57,860 bases of DNA from an uncultured bacterium (GTDB lineage: Bacteria; Patescibacteriota; Minisyncoccia; UBA6257; UBA9933), in contig CAJVXI010000002.1 of the NCBI GenBank assembly GCA_913009635.1, positions 1-57,860 on the forward strand, read 5' to 3'. A program made the position numbers and the translations under genes. Positions 16,271-24,467 of the stretch are shown here, one piece after another. The notes under the pieces were generated by a model that saw only the letters and a list, made by a program, of their open reading frames with translations, did no database searches and was not told the DNA's origin. Within the stretch, counting starts at the first letter, position 1. Every line of letters begins with the position of its first letter.

Positions 16271-18121
16271 TTAGATAACTTTATCCTCAATTTCTTTTAA
16301 GATTTTTCCAATAAATTTTTCTAATTTAACAACATTTTGCTTGCCCGCCGAAGCCTTGGCGAAGACGGGCTTGTTGTCTCTTGAGCGGACTGCAATAGTG
16401 TTTGATTTCATTTCTTTTTCGCCGACAATTAAAATATACGGAATTTTTTGAAGTTCAGCTTCACGAATTCTTTTTCCCAAGGTTTCATTATTATTATCAA
16501 TTTCAGCGCGAATATTATTATTTTCCAATTCTTGAAGAACTTTTTTCCCATAATTATCAAATTTTTCTGATATTGGAATTATTATTGTTTGAACAGGGGA
16601 GAGCCAAACTGGCAATGCGCTGGCATAATGCTCAATCAGGATGCCAATAAATCTTTCAAGCGAACCAAGTATTGCTCGATGAATCATAACTGGATTTTGT
16701 TTATTTCCTTTTTTATCAATATAAAAAGCATTAAATCTTTGCGGCATTGAGAAATCAACTTGAATTGTTCCTAATTGCCAATTTCTTCCAATAGCATCTT
16801 TTATATTAAATTCTATTTTTGGTCCGTAAAAAGCGCCTTCTCCTTCTTTTATTCCATAATTTAATTTTTTTTCTTTTAATGCCTTATTTAATGATTCTGT
16901 TGCTTTTTTCCAGGAATCATTGTCGCCAATATATTTTTCCGGCTTAGTTGCTATAAATATTTCATATTCATTAAAACCAAATGCTTTATAAACATCTATA
17001 GCGTAATCAACCATATTAATAATTTCATCATTTAGCTGTTTTGGCGTACAAAATGAATGAGCATCATCTTGAGTAAAAGAGCGGGCTCTAAATAGGCCGT
17101 GAAGCACTCCTGATAATTCATGACGATGTACTAAGCCAAATTCAGCGTATCTAACTGGCAGGTCACGATAAGAATGAAGTTTTTCTTTATAGATAAGAGT
17201 TGTTCCAGGGCAATTCATCGGCTTTACTGCGAATTCCTGGTCATCAATATTTATAAAATACATATCATCTTTGAATTTTTCCCAATGTCCAGAAGTTTCC
17301 CATAATTTTTTATTTAATATAATAGGCGTTTTTACTTCTTTATATCCGCGTTTTTCGTTTTCTTTTCTTATATAGTTTTCAATCTGGCTGTATAAAGTTG
17401 TTCCTTTTGCGTGCCAAAAAGGGAAACCAGGTCCTTCGTCGTGAAATGAGAATAAATTCAGTTCTTTTCCAAGTTTCCTGTGATCTCTTTTTTCCGTTTC
17501 TTCCTGTAATTTTAGATATTTATCCAATTCTTTTTTATTATTAAAAGCTACGCCATAAATTCTGGTAAGCATTTTATTTTTTTCATCGCCTTTCCAATAA
17601 GCGCCGGCAACTCTTGTTAATTTAAAAGCATCTGGATTTATTTCGGAAGTTGACTTCACGTGAGGTCCTTTACACAAGTCAATAAAATCACCGCTTTTAT
17701 AAATAGAAACCGATTTCAATTTTTGGGAAGTCGGACTTCCTTTGGAAGACCGACTTCCTGACGACAATTCTTTAATAAGTTCTAATTTATAGGGTTCATT
17801 TTTAAAACCCTTTTTTGCTTCAACAAAAGAAAGAGATTCTTTTTTGAATTTCAAATTTTGTTTTATTAGTTCGCGTATCCGTTTCTCTAATTTTGGCAAG
17901 TCGTTTTCAGTTAAATTCAATATAAGGACATCCGATGTCCTTATATTATTTTTATTAATATTTGGGACATCGGATGTCCCCATATTAAAGTCAAAGTCGT
18001 AGTAGAACCCATTTTCAATAACAGGTCCCATACCCAATTTAGCTTTTGGAAATTTTTCCAAAACTGCCATTGCCATTAAATGAGAAAGTGAATGCCTAAT
18101 TTTTTCCAGATTATCTTTCAT
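16271..18121 (-). CDS. thrS: threonine--tRNA ligase
   Basis: SHLMAMAV editing-domain motif, class II core FRARSFTQDDAH and GPKIEF, C-terminal anticodon-binding domain. Carries two in-frame palindrome pairs. Confidence 0.95.
   Translation of the reverse strand: MKDNLEKIRHSLSHLMAMAVLEKFPKAKLGMGPVIENGFYYDFDFNMGTSDVPNINKNNIRTSDVLILNLTENDLPKLEKRIRELIKQNLKFKKESLSFVEAKKGFKNEPYKLELIKELSSGSRSSKGSPTSQKLKSVSIYKSGDFIDLCKGPHVKSTSEINPDAFKLTRVAGAYWKGDEKNKMLTRIYGVAFNNKKELDKYLKLQEETEKRDHRKLGKELNLFSFHDEGPGFPFWHAKGTTLYSQIENYIRKENEKRGYKEVKTPIILNKKLWETSGHWEKFKDDMYFINIDDQEFAVKPMNCPGTTLIYKEKLHSYRDLPVRYAEFGLVHRHELSGVLHGLFRARSFTQDDAHSFCTPKQLNDEIINMVDYAIDVYKAFGFNEYEIFIATKPEKYIGDNDSWKKATESLNKALKEKKLNYGIKEGEGAFYGPKIEFNIKDAIGRNWQLGTIQVDFSMPQRFNAFYIDKKGNKQNPVMIHRAILGSLERFIGILIEHYASALPVWLSPVQTIIIPISEKFDNYGKKVLQELENNNIRAEIDNNNETLGKRIREAELQKIPYILIVGEKEMKSNTIAVRSRDNKPVFAKASAGKQNVVKLEKFIGKILKEIEDKVI
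17726..17758. repeat. pair of 15-bp palindromes in frame in thrS
   Basis: ggaagtcggacttcc and ggaagaccgacttcc, 3 nt apart, translated as SGSRSSKGSPTS. Confidence 0.8.
17924..17982. repeat. pair of 19-bp palindromes in frame in thrS
   Basis: aaggacatccgatgtcctt and tgggacatcggatgtccca, with complementary centre bases (inverted copies), 20 nt apart. Translated as GTSDVPNINKNNIRTSDVL. Confidence 0.85.
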
Positions 18122-18467
18122 AAATAATATAATATCATATCTTAACTTAAAATAGAAATATTGCTAATATTGATTTTAATACATAGAAAGGGGGACTTTT
18201 ATGAGAGGTAAATTTGACCGTCGTAGAAGAATAGCCAAGGAGATTTAATTTTTGTATATTCCCCGGAGATTAATAATGAGGGTTTAAAGTTCTCAAGTCC
18301 ATTATAAAAAACTTGATTCCAATTTATTGGTTAATCCGTTAAAATTTGAATCTATGGATAAAAACATGGGGCTGCATATCGGAGAAACCGAGCAGCCCCA
18401 CTTTATTTTCAATATTATTTAATAGTAAACGGGCATCAATTCAATCGATGCCCAGTTTTTTTACTCT

Positions 18468-18502
18468 AACCCTAGTGGCTAGTGGCTAATCACTAGTGGC
18501 TC
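18468..18502. repeat. REP-like stop-rich repeat (CTAGTGGCTA family)
   Basis: aaccctagtggctagtggctaatcactagtggctc, directly downstream of the dnaE stop codon. Confidence 0.8.
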
Positions 18503-18504
18503 GT

Positions 18505-21500
18505 CTATAACTCAACTGCGTGTTCGCAAATCAGTTTCGGTTCATTATTTCGCCAAGACAATCTTCCTTGAACTATTAAAACATTATTTTCTTGCCAAAT
18601 TGCGGGATTTTTTGCCAGAGCGTCCGCAAAAACTATTGTTTCCAAGCTATCATTAAAATCTTCAATGGTTGCAAAAAGCATTGGCTGGCCCAATTTTGTA
18701 AGAATTTTTTGGGTTTTGGAAATAACGCCGGCAATGCGAAATCTGTTTCTTGGGTTGCTTTCTATGTTATTTGTTTCCAGTAATTCTTTGATTGGTTTAA
18801 CTTTGTTTGATTGTATTCTTTTCAGGTGCGCGTTAAGTGGGTGGTCGGAAATATATAGCCCTAATAATTCTTTTTCCCAGGATAATTTTTCTTTATTTGT
18901 GGCTGGTTGCACGTCTTCAAAATTTAATGAACCATTATGATAATTCGCGCCAAAAAGACCGTCTTGGTTAGTGCTTTGTGATTTTCTTAAGTTTTGGCTA
19001 AAAGAAAGAATTTTTTCGATATTTAATAAAAGAGTATTTCTGTCTATTCCAAATGAATCAAATACACCGGTTTTTATCATACTTTCTAAAGATTTTTTAT
19101 TCAGGTCTTTGTGTTGGACTCTGGTAATAAAGTTTGTAAAATCTTCAAATGGACCTCTTCTATGTCGTTCTGTAATAATTGCTTCAACAATGTTAGCACC
19201 AACGTTTTTAATAGCTAACAAACCAAAACGAATCTTTTTGCCTTCTGGTATGAAGTTGTCAAAACTTTTATTTATATCGGGAGGTAATACCTCAATTTTT
19301 GACTTTTTTGATTCGGAAACCAGAAAGGATATTCGTTCAATGTTTCCAGAGTCAGCATTAAGCAAGCTAGTGGTGAATTCAATTGGGTAGTGGGCTTTAA
19401 GGTAGGCGGTTTGATAGCCAATCATTGCATAACAGGCACCATGACTTCTATTGAAGCCATAACGTGAGAAAGGTGGGAACAATTCCCAGATTTCTTTGGC
19501 GATTTTTTTATCAATTCCGTTTTTTAGCATCCCGTCTATTAATTTTTCTTTTTGAGAATCAAGTAATGATTTTATTTTTTTGCCAATAGCTTTACGGAGT
19601 ATATCAGCTTCAGCTAATGTAAATCCGGCTAAATCTACGGCGATTCTCATCATTTGCTCTTGATAAAGTCCAATACCGTAGGTGTTTTTAAGGATGGGTT
19701 CAAGTTTGTGATGCAGATAAACAACTTTTTCTAATTTATGTTTTCTTTTTATGTATTGTGGAATATGCTCCATCGCTCCTGGTCTATAAAGAGAAATCAT
19801 AGATATAATATCTTCAAATTCAGTTGGTTTTAATTGCTTCAGATAATTTCGCATTCCTGATGATTCCAATTGGAATACAGCGGTGGTATCGCCAGCTTGA
19901 AGAAGCTTGAAGGTTTTCTTATCATCAAGGGGGATTTTAGAGATATCAATTTCTTCGTCTTTAATTTCTTTAATTAAACGAATTGTTTTTTCGATAATTG
20001 TTAAGTTTTTTAGACCAAGAAAATCCATTTTTAAAAGACCAAGGTCTTCAACGCTATGCATTTCAAATTGAGTAATAATAATATCTTGGTTTTGAGGAGC
20101 TTTTTGAAGTGGCGTGTATTTCGTAATTGGCTCTTTTGAGATAACTATGCCGCAAGCATGAACAGAAGCATGACGAGCTACGCCTTCTAAATGTTTCGCT
20201 GCATTAAGTATTTTCTTGGCATCAGGATTATTATTATAAAGATCGTTAAGTTCTTTGACGTTTTCAAGCGCGTTGTTTAGTTTTTCGTTAAGAGGAATTA
20301 ATTTGGCCAATTGGTCGCAAAGGTTGTACTGCATTCCTAGGGCTCGGCCAGCATCACGAATCGCTGCTCTCGCAGCCATTGTTCCAAAAGTAATAATTTG
20401 CGCTACGTGATCATCTCCATATTTTTGTCTCACATAGCTCATAACTTCATCGCGCCGAACGTCGGTAAAATCAATATCAATGTCAGGCATAGAAATTCTT
20501 TCGGGGTTTAAGAAACGTTCAAATAATAAGCCGTATTTTAAAGGATCAATATCTGTAACACCTAAAATATAAGAAACTATGCTGCCAGCAGCTGATCCTC
20601 GGCCAGGCCCTACAACAATACCGCGTTCTTTAGCCCAGCTAACAATATCTTGAACAATTAAAAAATAATCAGCAAAACCAGTTTTTTCAATAACGTTTAA
20701 TTCGTAATTTAATCGTTCTTTTATTTGGTTCGTGATTTTCTGGAAGCGTTTATGTAATCTTTTGATTAATAATTCTTTAAGATATTGATTAGCGTTTTTT
20801 CCTTCCGGAAGAGCAAAATTAGGCAAAAGAGTTTTATTAAGTTGTAGTGTTACGTTGCATCGATCCGCAATTTTTACGGTATTTTCAACTGCTCCGGGAA
20901 AGTTTTTAAATAACTCAGTCATTTGTTCTATTGAGCGCATTGAGAAATCATCAGCTTTTAAAGTTATACGGTTATCATCATTTAACGTGTTTCCAGTTTG
21001 AACCGCTAAAAGAATATCCTGATATTCAGCATCTTCGGGTTTGAGGTAATGAATATCCTGTGTCGCAACTAATGGAATGTTATTTTTTTGGGAAATTTTA
21101 GTTAAACCATTATTTATTTTGGAAATATTAGGAACATTGGGATGATGATAAACTTCCAAAAAGAAATTTTCTGGTCCAAATATTTCTTGATACTCTTTTG
21201 CAATTTTTTCTGCTTCTTCAATTCTATCTTTTGCAATTAATTTCGGAATTTCTCCACTTGGGCATCCAGAGAGAGCAATTAGTCCTTCAGAATGTTCGCG
21301 AAGCAAGTCTTTATCAACGCGCGGTTTATAATAAAATCCCTCCAGATTGGCTTTGGTAACTAATTGAATTAAATTCAACCAACCAGTTTGATTTTTAGCT
21401 AATAATGTTAAGTGAGAATATTTATCATCAATACTCACTTCTTTTTTAAAACGAGAACGGGGAGCTACGTAAGTTTCCACCCCCAAGATTGGTTTAAGTT

Positions 21501-21672
21501 CAGCTTTAATAGCTTTTTTATAAAATTCAATCGCGCCATAGAGATTGCCATGGTCGGTTAAAGCCAAGGCATTCATTCCTAATTCTTTGGCATAGGCAAT
21601 TAGGTCGTCAATTTTTGCCAAGCCGTCAAGTAGGGAATAATGGCTATGAGTATGTAGGTGTACAAATTTCAT
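18505..21672 (-). CDS. dnaE: DNA polymerase III alpha subunit
   Basis: PHP domain MKFVHLHTHSHYSLLDG, MPDIDIDF, and a C-terminal OB fold. ATG at 21672 is preferred over the TTG at 21699. Confidence 0.95.
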   Translation of the reverse strand: MKFVHLHTHSHYSLLDGLAKIDDLIAYAKELGMNALALTDHGNLYGAIEFYKKAIKAELKPILGVETYVAPRSRFKKEVSIDDKYSHLTLLAKNQTGWLNLIQLVTKANLEGFYYKPRVDKDLLREHSEGLIALSGCPSGEIPKLIAKDRIEEAEKIAKEYQEIFGPENFFLEVYHHPNVPNISKINNGLTKISQKNNIPLVATQDIHYLKPEDAEYQDILLAVQTGNTLNDDNRITLKADDFSMRSIEQMTELFKNFPGAVENTVKIADRCNVTLQLNKTLLPNFALPEGKNANQYLKELLIKRLHKRFQKITNQIKERLNYELNVIEKTGFADYFLIVQDIVSWAKERGIVVGPGRGSAAGSIVSYILGVTDIDPLKYGLLFERFLNPERISMPDIDIDFTDVRRDEVMSYVRQKYGDDHVAQIITFGTMAARAAIRDAGRALGMQYNLCDQLAKLIPLNEKLNNALENVKELNDLYNNNPDAKKILNAAKHLEGVARHASVHACGIVISKEPITKYTPLQKAPQNQDIIITQFEMHSVEDLGLLKMDFLGLKNLTIIEKTIRLIKEIKDEEIDISKIPLDDKKTFKLLQAGDTTAVFQLESSGMRNYLKQLKPTEFEDIISMISLYRPGAMEHIPQYIKRKHKLEKVVYLHHKLEPILKNTYGIGLYQEQMMRIAVDLAGFTLAEADILRKAIGKKIKSLLDSQKEKLIDGMLKNGIDKKIAKEIWELFPPFSRYGFNRSHGACYAMIGYQTAYLKAHYPIEFTTSLLNADSGNIERISFLVSESKKSKIEVLPPDINKSFDNFIPEGKKIRFGLLAIKNVGANIVEAIITERHRRGPFEDFTNFITRVQHKDLNKKSLESMIKTGVFDSFGIDRNTLLLNIEKILSFSQNLRKSQSTNQDGLFGANYHNGSLNFEDVQPATNKEKLSWEKELLGLYISDHPLNAHLKRIQSNKVKPIKELLETNNIESNPRNRFRIAGVISKTQKILTKLGQPMLFATIEDFNDSLETIVFADALAKNPAIWQENNVLIVQGRLSWRNNEPKLICEHAVEL

Positions 21673-21873
21673 AGGAGTAATCACTAATATACTAATCAAA
21701 GACGAATATACGAATTCATATATTTGTTTAAAATTCGTATATTAATGAACACTCCCATGATTATAATCCCGAAAATACTAAAAAGCAAAAGAGTTTGATC
21801 TTATTAAGTATTCGTGTTAATTTATAAATAGTAGATAAACAATTTAATTATAGATTTCAAAAAAGGAGAAAAG

Positions 21874-22026
21874 ATGAAAGTAAAAATTCCAAGAATTATA
21901 TCGCCGGTAGTTGATCAGATTATGTTTTGGGTAATTCCACTTGGACAGCCGATACTGGCTCTGATTTATATCGGAAAGAAATATTGTAAAAAAATTATTC
22001 AGCTGAATATTGGCAATAAGCAATAA
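21874..22026 (+). CDS. small hydrophobic protein (50 aa), not in the ORF track
   Basis: Strong RBS aaaggagaaaag, then ATG: MKVKIPRIISPVVDQIMFWVIPLGQPILALIYIGKKYCKKIIQLNIGNKQ. Followed by hairpin aggcga-N10-tcgcct and a T-run. Confidence 0.5.
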   Translation: MKVKIPRIISPVVDQIMFWVIPLGQPILALIYIGKKYCKKIIQLNIGNKQ

Positions 22027-22080
22027 AGGCGATCAATATAGGTCGCCTTTTTTATTTAAATAGTATGATAAAATAAATTT

Positions 22081-22806
22081 ATGTTTAAATTAAAAACTAA
22101 AAGCCAAAAATCTCGACGCAGAGTCGGGACTCCGACTAGAACGTCGGAGCTAAAAACTAAATATATTATTGGTATAGATGAGGTTGGCAGGGGACCATTA
22201 GCAGGACCTGTTATCGTGGCTGCCGTGATGACGCCACGGAATTTTCAATTTTCAATTTTCAATTTTCAAAAAAAAATAAAATCTAAACTAAAAGATTCAA
22301 AAAAATTAACTTCTAAGCAAAGAGAAGAATGGAACGGGATTTTAAGAAAAAATTTTGAATGTAGATACGTTTCTATAAATAATAAAGTAATTGATAAAAT
22401 TGGTATTCAGAAAGCAATTAAATTAGCAGTAAGAAAAGTATTATGTAATTTATTACGTAATAAATTACGTAATAAAATTTTTATTTATTTTGACGGCGGA
22501 TTGTATTTGCCGAAATTCCTAAATTCTAAATTCTACCGCGTCCGACATCGCTTTACGAAGTCAAGGCGGGCGGGTATTTTAAATTCTCGTACTATTATAA
22601 AAGGCGATGAAAAAATTTCTGTTATTTCCGCTGCGTCAATTATTGCCAAAGTCGCTCGGGACAGAAAAATGATGCGTTTTCATAAAAAATATCCTAAATA
22701 CAGTTTTGATAAACATAAGGGTTATGGAACAAAACTTCATTACAAGATGATAAAAAAACATAAGATTTCTAAAATCCACCGTCGTTCTTTCCGCCTCAAC
22801 GGCTAA
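22081..22806 (+). CDS. rnhB: ribonuclease HII
   Basis: GIDEVGRGPLAGPV, DSKKLT and SIIAKV motifs. The N-terminal 27 aa and an internal segment are repeat-derived. Confidence 0.9.
   Translation: MFKLKTKSQKSRRRVGTPTRTSELKTKYIIGIDEVGRGPLAGPVIVAAVMTPRNFQFSIFNFQKKIKSKLKDSKKLTSKQREEWNGILRKNFECRYVSINNKVIDKIGIQKAIKLAVRKVLCNLLRNKLRNKIFIYFDGGLYLPKFLNSKFYRVRHRFTKSRRAGILNSRTIIKGDEKISVISAASIIAKVARDRKMMRFHKKYPKYSFDKHKGYGTKLHYKMIKKHKISKIHRRSFRLNG
22087..22162 (+). repeat. composite element (KLKTK - GC hairpin - KLKTK) forming the rnhB N-terminal extension
   Basis: aaattaaaaactaaaagccaaaaa + tctcgacgcagagtcgggactccgactagaacgtcggagc + taaaaactaaat. Conserved RNase HII sequence starts only at IIGIDEVGRG. Confidence 0.7.
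22535..22575 (+). repeat. GC-rich element family C, in frame in rnhB
   Basis: accgcgtccgacatcgctttacgaagtcaaggcgggcgggt is read as YRVRHRFTKSRRAG. About 85 percent identical by eye to 42995..43036. It is read in a different frame from the gatB copy. Confidence 0.8.
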
Positions 22807-22826
22807 CACGCCGTATTAGCCGTTGA
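22796..22826. repeat. second copy of the tcaacggctaa-N9-ttagccgttga hairpin, containing the rnhB stop codon
   Basis: tcaacggctaacacgccgtattagccgttga. The TAA at 22804..22806 lies in the left arm. Confidence 0.8.
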
Positions 22827-22860
22827 CTTTTACATTAAAATTGTAAATAATGAATATAAA

Positions 22861-22996
22861 TAAGCATCAAATCTCAAGCACCAAATAACAGATAAGCACC
22901 AAATTCTATCCGTCAGTTGGCGGACTAAACACGGGTTTCGGTCATTAGAATTTCGGTCATTGAAATTTATTTGTTATTTGGAATTTGTTATTTGGG
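22861..22996. mobile_element. MITE-like palindromic element, copy A (~135 bp)
   Basis: Ends aagcaccaaataacagataagcacc / ggaatttgttatttggg are inverted repeats. The core ctatccgtcagttggcggactaaacacgggtttcggtcatt is shared with copies at 30281 (inverted core) and 46431. Confidence 0.6.
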
Positions 22997-23006
22997 ATTT
23001 TTATCT

Positions 23007-23204
23007 GTGGGCGGAGTACCAGTAAAACATCATACAAAATCTAAGGTTGGCAGACGCCGATCTCATCATGCTCTTAAGTCGGCTGCTCTTTTTGTTTGTT
23101 CTAAGTGTCAGCACCCTATTTTACCGCATCGTTATTGTTCTAAATGTGGATTTTATAAAGGAAAAGCAATAAAAGAACCGAAATTGAAAATAAAGAAAAG
23201 TTAA
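23007..23204 (+). CDS. rpmF: 50S ribosomal protein L32
   Basis: [20 protein letters not shown] and [26 protein letters not shown] at 23007 is proposed because the ORF-track start at 22971 lies inside the MITE-like element. Confidence 0.8.
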   Translation: MGGVPVKHHTKSKVGRRRSHHALKSAALFVCSKCQHPILPHRYCSKCGFYKGKAIKEPKLKIKKS

Positions 23205-23212
23205 TTAACCAA

Positions 23213-23632
23213 ATGGCAACTAGACATCTTGCGCGTTCAATAGTTCTTCAGTCCTTTTATGAGTGGGATTTTTATAATCAAAAGGAGGATTTAAACAAGG
23301 TAATTGAACGCAATATTGAAGAATTTGGTCCTGGTATTAATGAGCCAGAATTTGTTTGGAAGATAGTTAAGGGAGTAATAGAGAATTTTGATAATTTGAA
23401 TAAAATTATTGAGAAAGCTGCTCCAGAATGGCCATTAAATCAGATTTCAATAATTGATAGAAATGTTTTACGTATAGGGCTTTATGAATTGCTTTATGCT
23501 GACAAGAAAGAAGTTCCGGAAAAAGTGGCTATTAACGAAGCTATTGAATTGGCAAAAAATTACGGCGGACCCAATTCAGGAAAGTTTATAAACGGCGTAT
23601 TAGGAACAGTATACAGAGAAATGGAAAAGTAA
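23213..23632 (+). CDS. nusB: transcription antitermination factor NusB
   Basis: [41 protein letters not shown]. Confidence 0.9.
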   Translation: MATRHLARSIVLQSFYEWDFYNQKEDLNKVIERNIEEFGPGINEPEFVWKIVKGVIENFDNLNKIIEKAAPEWPLNQISIIDRNVLRIGLYELLYADKKEVPEKVAINEAIELAKNYGGPNSGKFINGVLGTVYREMEK

Positions 23633-23720
23633 TTAGTAATTAGCGAATAGTAACTAGTAACTAGGGAATAAATTTTATTAAACCCTGATTACTAGTTATT
23701 AGTTATTGATTACTTATTTA
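23633..23720. repeat. REP-like inverted repeat variant (AACTAGTAACTAGGG / CCCTGATTACTAGTT)
   Basis: taactagtaactaggg-N16-ccctgattactagtta, between nusB and rnc. Confidence 0.7.
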
Positions 23721-23721
23721 G

Positions 23722-24414
23722 ATGGATTTTTCAAAATTAGAAGAAATAATTGGGCATCAGTTTCAGAATCAAAAACTTTTAAAAGAATCATTAACTCATC
23801 GTTCTTATTTGAACGAGAATCCTTCATGGGGCGTGCCTCATAACGAACGCTTGGAGTTTTTAGGTGATGCGGTTTTAGAATTAGTAGTGTCGGAATATCT
23901 TTTTAAAAAATATCCTGATTATAATGAAGGTCAGCTTACAAGCGTTAGAGCGGCATTGGTTAATTATCAGATGTTGGGAAAATCCGCCAAAAATATGGAA
24001 TTGGATAAGTTTGTTTTACTTTCTCGTGGAGAAGCCAAAGATACCGGAAAAGCAAGAGAAGTAATTTTAGCTAATGCTATTGAATCGCTTATTGGCGCTA
24101 TTTATTTAGACGCAGGTTATTCTATAATCCAATCTTTTATTGAAAAAGTTATTTTATCAAATCTTCAGGATGTCATTGAAAATGGATTATATAGAGATCC
24201 TAAGAGTTTGCTTCAGGAAATTATTCAAGAAAAACTTAAAATCACTCCGAATTATAAAGTTCTAGGCGAAATCGGGCCTGACCATAAAAAGATTTTTAAA
24301 GTCGGTGTATTTTTTGATGACGATTTAGCTGCTGAAGGAGAAGGAGCTTCTAAGCAGGAGGCGGAAGTTGAGGCAGCGAAGAATGCGCTGAAAACATTAG
24401 CCACTAGCGACTAG
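23722..24414 (+). CDS. rnc: ribonuclease III
   Basis: RNase III signature ERLEFLGDAVLE. C-terminal dsRBD (GPDHKKIFKVGV, GASKQEAEVEAAKNAL). Confidence 0.95.
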   Translation: MDFSKLEEIIGHQFQNQKLLKESLTHRSYLNENPSWGVPHNERLEFLGDAVLELVVSEYLFKKYPDYNEGQLTSVRAALVNYQMLGKSAKNMELDKFVLLSRGEAKDTGKAREVILANAIESLIGAIYLDAGYSIIQSFIEKVILSNLQDVIENGLYRDPKSLLQEIIQEKLKITPNYKVLGEIGPDHKKIFKVGVFFDDDLAAEGEGASKQEAEVEAAKNALKTLATSD

Positions 24415-24463
24415 CTACTAGTGATTAGTGTTAAAATAAAATTTCCTAGTGGCTAGTGGCTAA
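24397..24463. repeat. REP-like stop-rich inverted repeat supplying the rnc stop
   Basis: ttagccactagcgactagctactagtgattag ... cctagtggctagtggctaa. Confidence 0.8.
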
Positions 24464-24467
24464 AATT

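Noticed and set aside
18592-19390. Plus-strand ORFs inside dnaE, and similar antisense ORFs inside gyrB, thrS, smc, cysS, rarA, ftsI/murF, the GDE gene and others.
   Set aside because: They are fully nested antisense to long, well-supported genes. They are low-complexity with no motifs, as is typical of AT-rich genomes.
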